From Octopus sinensis (lineage: Eukaryota), in assembly GCF_006345805.1 (NCBI RefSeq), contig NW_021833012.1:27500-91499 (forward strand): a DNA stretch of 64,000 nt, in the 5' to 3' direction. The number at the start of each line of letters is the position of its first letter. Within the stretch, counting starts at the first letter, position 1. The translations under genes and the position numbers were made by a program. The notes beneath the pieces were generated by a model. It made no database searches, was not told where the DNA came from, and was given only the letters and a program-made list of their open reading frames with translations. Below are positions 53,201 through 63,391 of this stretch, piece after piece.

Positions 53201-56200
53201 ATATTAAGAAAATGAGTTTTCAACTCAGAGGGAGGAAATATAAAATGAAGAGACAACAAAACCTAAAAGATGGTTCGTGCATATTTTTACTATAAAGACA
53301 TTCTCATTTATTTTTTGTTGATTTTTTTTTATCTATTATAATAAAAGTGAAATTCTGTCTGTCTGTATTTCAGTCTACAATTGCTAAACATAGAAATATA
53401 CCTTTTTGGAATTAGAATGATCTCAGGATTGAAAATCTGTCATTTATTTGGTTCTCGAACATCCAGCATTGGGATCTGCTTTAAAAGCATTTAGGTTGTT
53501 ATTTCTAGCAGGTAACGCTTGGCTGATTCACACCATCCTGGATGGCATTTGTCAGTTGACGTCAGAAATCCAGAGGGGAGATAGATGACATTCACTTTGT
53601 TAATTTTACATTGAGATAAGAACTTTGGGAGAAATTGGCCAACAGTTGGAATTCAGCTTGGGACTGGAACAATAGAATGATTCATAATGATGATGATCAT
53701 CATCGTTTTAACGTCTGTTTTCCATACTGACATGGGTTGGACGATTTGACAGGTTTGGAGAGCCAGCATGCTTCCACAGCTGGATGTCCTTCCTAATGCC
53801 AACCACTCCGAGAGTGCAGTGGGTGCCTTTTACATGCCACTGGCATAGGAGCCAGTTAGGTGGACCTGGCATCGACCACATTTGGATGATGCATTTTACA
53901 AACCACTGGAACAGGAGTGAGTGAGGGGGCACTGGCCACAGCTACGATTTTGGTTTTACTTCACTCAACAGGATTTCTCATCATATCATATTGCCCGACA
54001 CATCAAAGGTACTCTTAAATGGGCCAGACATGCAACACTGGCATTGGCCATGGCTGTGATCCCACTTTAGTTGCAGGGTCTTCTCAATCACATCATATCT
54101 CCAAAGGTCTTGTTTTCCCGTCATTGCCACATCTCAGGTCTTCCTGGGTCTACCGCTTCCACAGGTTCCTTACACAGTTAGGGAGTGGCACTTCCCCACA
54201 CAGCTGTCCTCATCCATACATAACACATGACCATACCAGCACAGTCGTCTCTCTTGCCCACCACATTTGATGCTTCTTATGGTCCAACTTTTCTCTCAGG
54301 GTGTTTACACTCTGTTGTGTATGCACACTGACATTACACATCCAGTGGAGCATACGAGCTTCATTTCTTGTAAGCTTACACGTCCTCAGCAGTCATGGCC
54401 CATGTTTTACTGCTGTGTAGCATGACAGTTTGCACACATGCATCATACTTACTAAGACTTTGGTTTTTGCTAGGTATACCCAGAGGCCCTTCCATTCTAG
54501 ACCTTGCTTCCACACCCGAAACTTTGTATCTAGTTCTCGGCTATTAGAGCAAGGTCATGAGCATAGTGGAGCTTCCAGGGGTAGCCTGTCTTGAATTCCT
54601 CTGTTATTGTCTGGAGGACTATAATGAATGAGGGGACTGAAGACTGATCCTTGGTGAACCCCTACTTCTATCTTGAATTCTTCACTATACTCGTTGCCAA
54701 CCCTCACCTTAGAATTAATTTTCATTCATCCTTAACTTCTGATCAAAAGCTACTAGGGCGTATACTCATTATAGATGTATCATAATCATGCAATCTAGCT
54801 CCCTTTAGTTTTGGACGACATGCCCAATGAGCCCTCTTCATGAGTGAGCTGAAAAGTCTGCTAGGAGTTCAACTTTTAAAGCTAGTCCCCCGATCCCTTA
54901 TCTGGTGGTCAATGTGGAAACTCAGGATAGATATGGTTAGTGAGAGCTGTACGAGCTATCTACATGGCTACTATCATTAAGGTGAAGATTGGCAATGAGT
55001 GTAGTGAAGAATTCAGGGTAGAGGTAGGGGTCCACCAAGGTTCAGTCCTCAGCCCCCTCCTATTTATCATAGTCCTCCAGGAAATAATGGAGGAATTCAA
55101 GACAGGATGCCTCTGGGAGCTCCTCTATACTGATGACCTTGCACTAATTGCTGAGTCACTATCAGAACAACAGGAGGAGTTTCAGATGTGGAAGCAAGGT
55201 CTAGAATCAAAGAGCCTTAGAGTCAACCTAGCTAAAACCAAAGTCCTAATAAGTAGGAAGGCAGACAAATCACAAATCCCTTCAGGTAGATGACCCTGCT
55301 TGGTCTGTAGAAAAAGTATAGGTTGAAAGTCCATAAGATGTACACGGTGCAAGCTTTAGACACATAAGAGGTGCAGCAATATCAAAGGAAGGCTAACTGA
55401 GAAGATAGTTTTTGTGTGTGGCAAATGCACAGAAAACAGCTTCTGTCACATGCCAGGGAGAAAAACTAGAAGTAGCTGATAGCTTCTATTACCTAGGTGA
55501 CCAAGTTAGTGGTGGGGTGGGGTGGATGCTCTGAGAGTGTAGCTGCTAAAATAAGAATAGCCTGGCAAAATTCAGAGAGCTCCTACCTCTGCTGGTGACA
55601 AAATGCCTCTCACTCAGAGTAAAAGGTAGACTGTATGATGCATGTATGTGAACAGCTATGCTACATGGCAGTGAAACATGGGCTGTGACTGCTGAAAACA
55701 TGTGTAAGCTTGCAAGAAATGAAGCTAGTATGCTCCACTGGATGTGTAATGTCAGTGTGCATACATGTCAGAGTGTGAGCACCCCGAGAGAAAAGTTTAA
55801 CATAAGAAGCATCAGATATGGTGTGCAAGAGAGATGATTGTGTTGGTATGGTCATGGGTTACATATAGATGAGGACAGCTGTGTGAAAAGGAGTCACACC
55901 CTAGCATTAGAGGGACCTTTGGAAAAGGTAGACCCAGTAAGACCTGAGATGAGGAGGTGAAGCATGACCTTTGAATGTTTGGCCTCACAGGGGCGATAAC
56001 AAGTGACCAAGATTTTTGGGGATATGCTGTGCTTTAGAAGACTTGGTAAGCCAGGTGAGACCATAACCGTGGCCAGTGTAGCATAACCAGCCCATTTAAG
56101 ATTACCTGTCAATCATCGGTCAATAAACTGTGCTTGAGAAGACCTGTTGAGTTAAATGAAATCATTGTTGTGGCCAATGCCAGTACCGCCTGACTGACAC

Positions 56201-58271
56201 CCATGCTGGTGGCATGTAAAAAGCACCATTTGAGTATGGTCAATGCTAGTGCCACTTGACTGGTTCCTCTGCTAGTGGCACATAAAAGCACCACTCAAGT
56301 ACCGCCTAATTGGCACTTGTGCCACTGGAATGTAAAAAGCACCCACTACACTCGTGTAGTGGTTGGTGTTAGGAAGGGCATCCAGCTGCAGAAACTCTGT
56401 CAGATATATTGGAGCCTGGTGCAGCCTTCTGACTTTCCACCCATCAGACAAATCGTCTGACCCATGCCAGCAATGAAAATGGACGTTAAAGGATGACGAC
56501 AATGATGATATATATATATATTGGGTCATCCCATAAATAATATGGTTTTCTCAATTGCCTAAACTAAAATCAGATAGAGTCGAGATGAACTACCTGCATC
56601 AACTTGCTATAAAGGCAGGTAGTAATTTTATCATGCCCTTATTCTTAGTGCAAATTTTGAGGAGTGCAGTTCAATTTTAACAATTATTTTTTCGAAGCTG
56701 TAATGAAAGTGACAAATGAGCATATTCGGCTTATTTTGCTTTATGAGTTTGTAGTGAACGACCCTATGTAAAGGAGATGGTGACAGAAATGTCTCCTTTT
56801 AAAAGCCGCATGGTTGTCCCACAAAAGAATAAGTCAAAATAAATGGAATGAAGGAATGAAGAGTGCCAGTAAAGAATAAGGAGAAAAACACAACCGTTCT
56901 ACTGTTTGAGAAAAGAAAGACTTTTGTTTACAGAAGTGTACAATAAGAGTGTGTGTGAGTGCTAGCAGAGTGTTTGTCTCAGCGTGTGTGACAAGAGTGT
57001 CTGTGTGTCTGTTTTAACTACTAACAATGTCTGTGTGTCTGTTTTAACTACTAACAACAGTGCGTGCAACAAATGTTTGTGTCTGTTATAAGAGTGAGAC
57101 AACAATACAGAGCAAAGAAAGAATGTCCAGACACAAGATTTTCTGCCAATTCAGAACTTTTCCGGTCTCTTAATCATGACCTCCTTTATGCAGATTACTG
57201 TCACTTACTCACTCATACAGTGGATGACATGCAAATACTCATGAATCGTATTTCTGCTTCTTGCAAGGCATGTGGACTCAGCATTAGCCTGGACAAGACT
57301 TTTGTAATGTTCCAGCCTGCACCAGGAAACCTATATGTGGTATCAGCTATCTTGGTTGAAGGAACAATACTGAATGTGGTAGACAAGTTTGTCTACCTAG
57401 GCAGCATACCCAGCCGTTCTTGCTCCCTGGATGAGGAAATATCTTCCAGGCTGCAGAGAGCAACTGATTCCTTTCGGTCTCTTCAGCCTCGTGTCTGGTC
57501 CCAGCATGGCATCACAAGGTAAACAAAAATTGCTGTGTACCGTGCATGTGTACTGACATCACTCCTTTACTTATGTGAGACATGGACCCTTTACAAACGT
57601 CATGTAAAAGTCCTTGAATGCTTCCATCAGAGATGTCTAAGAGACGTTCTGAATGTTGGCAGGACCTTAAAAACTCCAGACATACAGGTCCTAAGGACAG
57701 CTGATATCTTGAGTATTGAGGTGATGGTGCACAAGCACCGGTTACGTTGGACTGGACTCCTTATTAGAATGAAGGATAGCAGGATCCCTAAACAGATGCT
57801 ATATGGGGGGGGGGGGAGAACTTGTGGATGGAAAGAAACCCTGGCAGAAACAAAAGCTGCAATTTAAGGACTGTGTCAAGCCCTCATTAAAGACCTGTGA
57901 TATGCAGGAGACTGACTAGGAGAGCAATACCTGTCATTGCCACAGAAGGACAAAGCAGGTTAAGGATATGGGGTCAACACCTTTGAGAGAGCACGTGTTC
58001 TGCATGAAGAACTTGAGTGTGCTGCTCAAAAGCGCATAGCTGGTGAAGTGAATGGGTAAAGCTAGGTTTGCAATGTTTGCAGTCGTGTATGCTTGTCAAG
58101 AGCAGGGCTCATTAGCCACCACTGGGGCTGCAAATGCAAAATATACGTTAGTCCTAGAGCACACAATGTTACTGAAGGTCAGCAATGGTCTTCCTCGGTC
58201 ACAAGTGGACAGCCATCATTTGCTGCTGCTGCTGCTACTACTACTACCACCACTACTACTACTGCTGCTGC

Positions 58272-58302
<31 letters not shown>

Positions 58303-60889
58303 ACTACAAAACTACAGTGCTGTGTTTCAGTATTTCTTGTCTATTAATCAAAATATTCTTGTTTTCTTTTCTAAACTTTCAACAGAAAAAGGGTTCATAA
58401 TTTTATTTTAATTCTGAAATATTTGATTTCTGTTTGAACTCTAGAAGTGACCCCTGATACATGGTCACCAATGGGAGACAAGGAATTAATTAAAATCGTT
58501 CCAGTAACAAATGGACCAGAATATGATGACATCCAAGCCACTTTCCGTCGGAAGTTGCCTTCCTGTCGTATAATCAAAGTTAGTATTTTTACTTTTATTT
58601 ATAAACAATATTGGATGGCATGCTGTTAAGAAAATTTTAAGAGACATTTTGTTTGTATAAAAAATTTAAATTTCATTGTATGTCCTTTGCGACAGCACGG
58701 TTGTTTCTAGCCTCGTTCCTGATCTATCTATATCTGTCCCCGCATCAGCCAGGTAACCTTGTACCTCCTTACAACAAGACCCCTATTTCTTTCTCACTAT
58801 GAAAGGTTATATGAAAGGTTTCAACATCTGACACAAGATCCCCTCCTCCAATGCCCCCTCCCCTCTCAAAAGATCCTTGTCTTGCAAGTTACTTGGTGAC
58901 CCTGTCTGTGCTGGTGCCATTTAAAAAGCATCCACTCCACACTGTAAAGTGGTTGGCATTTGGAAGGGCATCCAGCTGTATAAAGCCTGCCAAAACAGAC
59001 ACAGAAGTCTGGTGCAGGCCTCTGGCTGGCCAGATCCTGTCAAACCATCCCACCCATGCCAGCATAGAAGGTGGATATTAAACGATGATGATGAAGATGT
59101 ATGAACTTATTTGGGGATTGTTCTAAGTGTTTTTGGATATTCACAAGAAATCTTTGCTCAACAAAAATACCTCTGCTTTAACTTCTTGCATTGAATTGTA
59201 CATGCAACACCATTTTGCAGCTAAACTATTGTGCCTTACCAAAATTTACAGTTGAATCAAAATTGGTATCAAATAAAAAAGAAAATAAAAGCAGATAGGG
59301 TCGGGGTTTTTCACCACAAACGTTATTTCCTTGTCAAAGAAGTGAATTTTCCTTTCTACAGATTGAGAGAATTCAAAATAAAACATTATACCATGGATAC
59401 CAAGCATTGAAAAGAAAGTTTGAGGTAGAAAATCCAAACATTACAAATGAAGTTGATGGCCTTTGGCATGGTACTGCTGAAAGATCTGTTGATGGAATAA
59501 ATAAATCAGGATTCAACCGTAGCTATTGTGGTAAAAATGGTAAGTATATTATAATCAACATCATCATCATCATCTACCCGCCCTTCCTATTGTCTTGAGC
59601 TGGGCAGTCACTCTCCACATTGATTGCTGTTTAGAATCCTTTCTCACACAGAGAGGATGCCATGTTGCCCACACATTCCATGTTTGGCATCGTTTCTACT
59701 GCCAGGTCCCCTTCCTAACATCTTCTGCTCTAGAGTAAACCAGGTGTATTTTATTATTGTGGAACCAACACTTTTATTTGGATTGGGAGGAAGGGTCTGT
59801 CCCCATCCATTAATGTTCCTCTTGAACCTTTGTAAATGAAAATATTGCAGGAAAGATAAGAGAAGGGGTAGAATTCCAGAGGGGTAATGTTTTGGGGAAG
59901 AAGGACTAGGTGTAGTGGTAGGTCGGCAGGACTGGACAGAAATATCAACAAGCGAACACCAGGCCTAGCAATCACCATTCTGAGTGTGTCAATTATAGAT
60001 ATACTGAGATAATCAATACAGTGTTGTTAACTCTCATTGAAATATTCAATGTCTGCTACGGCCTAGAAATTGGTTAAGGGACATTTAATAACTGTATAGA
60101 AATCTGATAAACCAGCAGTGGTACCATCACAGAGGTCACTCCATTTAGATATCTCAAACGATCTTCTCTCACTAACTCTTTTATCATCTTTTGGAATTAG
60201 ATTTTGATGTGTATGATGAATATGGATATGGGGTGAGTAGAAGAGTGGGGTTCCACAAAATGCCACCCAAACATGTTCAATGGTAAATATTGGCAAGGGT
60301 CAGGCTTTTAATAGATCTTTTCTAACAAAGTGTTTGGAACTATTAAATGCTTGCAGAGTTTCAATGACACACATCTGTCAACTGACATGGAACTCATTCT
60401 GGAAGTTTCTGTTGACATTGCTGGGTATATAATTGGGAGAAATAACCCTGTTTGGACATCTAAAATCTCTATTGTTATTGTTATCGATTGCTGTACGTAT
60501 GTACGTACATACATACATACATACATATATATATACATATCAACAACTTATAAATAAGGGCAAACGAAAAATTTCTAATGCCAAATATGCCGAAGTTGGA
60601 TAAATCACTGACATAGGAAGGGTTCTTATTAACTAACCCTGAAATCGGTCCAATATGGTAGTAATGGAATTTTTTAGAAATTTCTGTCGACCTTTTTTCG
60701 AGTAGCGTGTGTATTGTGAAAAAATTATACGGTTATGGACAATATGTCCAACTTCGGCATATTTGGCATTAGAAATTTTTTCGTTTACCCTTATTTATAA
60801 GTTGTTGATAAATTTAACCTTTAAAGGTATTTTTTAATATGCTGGCCACTGATGAGGGTTTTTTTTTTCGAAAAAATTTTCCCCTACAT

Positions 60890-60923
<34 letters not shown>

Positions 60924-63360
60924 AAATAAGAAAATGGAGGAATACACCTTAATCAATAATCAACTACCAGATAATACCCATTCACATAATTTATTAACCT
61001 ACTACATATGAACATCAAGGTCAACATAATAGTACAGAACAAAACAGTGCACATCAATGAGTAATATGATACAATAAGTACAATATGTATAAATAAATAT
61101 AAATAAGTATAAATATAAATATAAACTATATCTTACAGATGTTTCAGTCATGTAGATATGAGTATCTCATTATGCTCATATTAGCCAGGTGTGATAAGTT
61201 AATATGTGGTTATAAATGAGACACTTACAAATATATCCCAAGGCCTCTTCAGAGATTATAAAGTACAATCCAAATAAGAATATAAGAGAAGGTACACCTA
61301 TACAAGAATGAGTACATATACATAATATATAATATACACATACATATAAGTGTATATATACATGCACCTATATATATATATAAGTATATTCATAATAATA
61401 TATAATAACTTTGTTGGGTGCTTTACTGGCAGTATATTGGATATATGTTATCCCATGGTGGGTTGCACTCACAACCCCTATCTCAATTTCTCTCTCTCTA
61501 TATATATATATATATTGTAAATTTTTAATTGTTATCATTCGTATCATTTGTAAACTTTTCATTTCCTCATTCGTACTATAGTTTTAATTTGAAAATATTT
61601 ATTCGTCATTGCTTCCCTTTTTATTCGAATATATATTGTTTTTGCCATTCCTTTCATTTTATATCATCACAAGTATATATTTTATTTTATTTTTTTATCC
61701 CTATATATTATAAATTTTATATTTATAGACATAAGTTACATAAGAACAATGTTTGTAAATTTTTATTTTCATTCATATTTTTTATTTTCATCTTTATTTT
61801 TTTATTTTATTTTTTTATTTCTTATTTCAATTAAATTATGGCTTGTACAGTAGGGTCTGGCGAACCTATCTTATTTATTTAAAAGATTAGAATATAGTTT
61901 ATAGTATCAAACTATGAGAAAGTGATACAGAGGTCTGATGTTTGGGGTTATATTTAAGAATGGTTCCAGCAAAACACGGCGTGGTTAAGGAACCGGGAAA
62001 TGTACCTCAAGAAACATGTGTAGCCAAGTTATAAAGTAGTAAGTATTTAGATTAAAATTCTTTTATATGGTGAGATGAAAGGCCTATTATCTCTAAATAA
62101 AAATATATATTTCCTCATTAAGAATAATTTGAACCCCTGTTATGCCAGAATTTTTATTCCCTAAGAAATGAAATTAAATATATATACGTGGTGACACGTA
62201 AAAGCACCATCCGTTTCGTGGCCATTTGCCAGCTCTGTCTGGCCCCCGTGTCGGTGGCACGTAAAAGCACCATCCGTTCGTGTTCGTTGCCAGCTCTGTC
62301 TGGCCCCCGTGTCGGTGGCACGTAAAAGCACCATCCGTTCGTGTTCGTTGCCAGCCTCGCCTGTCCCCTGTGCCGGTGACACGTAAAAGCACCATCCGTT
62401 CGTGGCTGTTTGCCAGCTCTGTCTGGCCCCCGTGTCGGTGGCACGTAAAAGCACCATCCGTTCGTGTTCGTTGCCAGCCTCGCCTGTCCCCTGTGCCGGT
62501 GACACGTAAAAGCACCATCCGTTCGTGGCCGTTTGCCAGCTCTGTCTGGCCCCCGTGTCGGTGGCATGTAAAAGCACCATCCGTTCGTGTTCGTTGCCAG
62601 CCTCGCCTGTCCCCTGTGCCGGTGACACGTAAAAGCACCATCCGTTCGTGGCCGTTTGCCAGCTCTGTCTGGCCCCCGTGTCGGTGGCATGTAAAAGCAC
62701 CATCCGTTCGTGTTCGTTGCCAGCCTCGCCTGGCCCCTGTGCCGGTGACACGTAAAAGCACCATCCGTTCGTGGCCGTTTGCCAGCTCTGTCTGGCCCCC
62801 GTGTCGGTGGCACGTAAAAGCACCATCCGTCCGTGTTCGTTGCCAGCCTCGCCTGTCCCCTGTGCCGGTGACACGTAAAAGCACCATCCGTTCGTGGCCG
62901 TTTGCCAGCTCTGTCTGGCCCCCGTGTCGGTGGCATGTAAAAGCACCATCCGTTTCGTGGCCATTGCCAGCCTCGCCTGGCCCCTGTGCCGGTGACACGT
63001 AAAAGCACCATCCGTTTCGTGGCCATTTGCCAGCTCTGTCTGGCCCTCGTGTTGGTGGCACATAAAAGCACCATCCGTTTGTGTCCGTTGCCAGCCTCGC
63101 CTGGCCCCCGTACCAGTGACACGTAAAAGCACCATCCGTTCGTGGCCGTTTGCCAGCTCTGTCTGGCACCTGTGCGGGTGGCACGTAAAAAGAACCCACT
63201 ACACTCACGGAGTGGTTGGTGTTAGGAAGGGCATCCAGCCGTAGAAACACTGCCAGATCTGACTGGGCCTGATGAAGCCTTCCAGCTTCACAGACCCCAG
63301 TTGAACCGTCCAACCCATGCTAGTATGGAAAACGGATGCTAAATGATGATGATGATGATG

Positions 63361-63391
<31 letters not shown>

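Noticed and set aside
60845-60885. CTGATGA...CGAAA hammerhead-like string
   Set aside because: There is no real stem II (poly-T loop with one G-C pair) and no downstream GUH plus stem I partner.
62188-63190. CRISPR-like regular repeat array
   Set aside because: The units are contiguous tandem repeats with no unique spacers, there are no cas genes, and the context is eukaryotic.
63265-63290. CTGATGAAG inside the RTE terminus
   Set aside because: It is a point variant of ctggtgcagcc seen in other RTE copies, with no GAAA or stems.
62154-63313. Four long ORFs (240-379 aa) on both strands
   Set aside because: They are produced by a stop-free 123-bp tandem period in an RTE 3' UTR; there is no domain or splice context.
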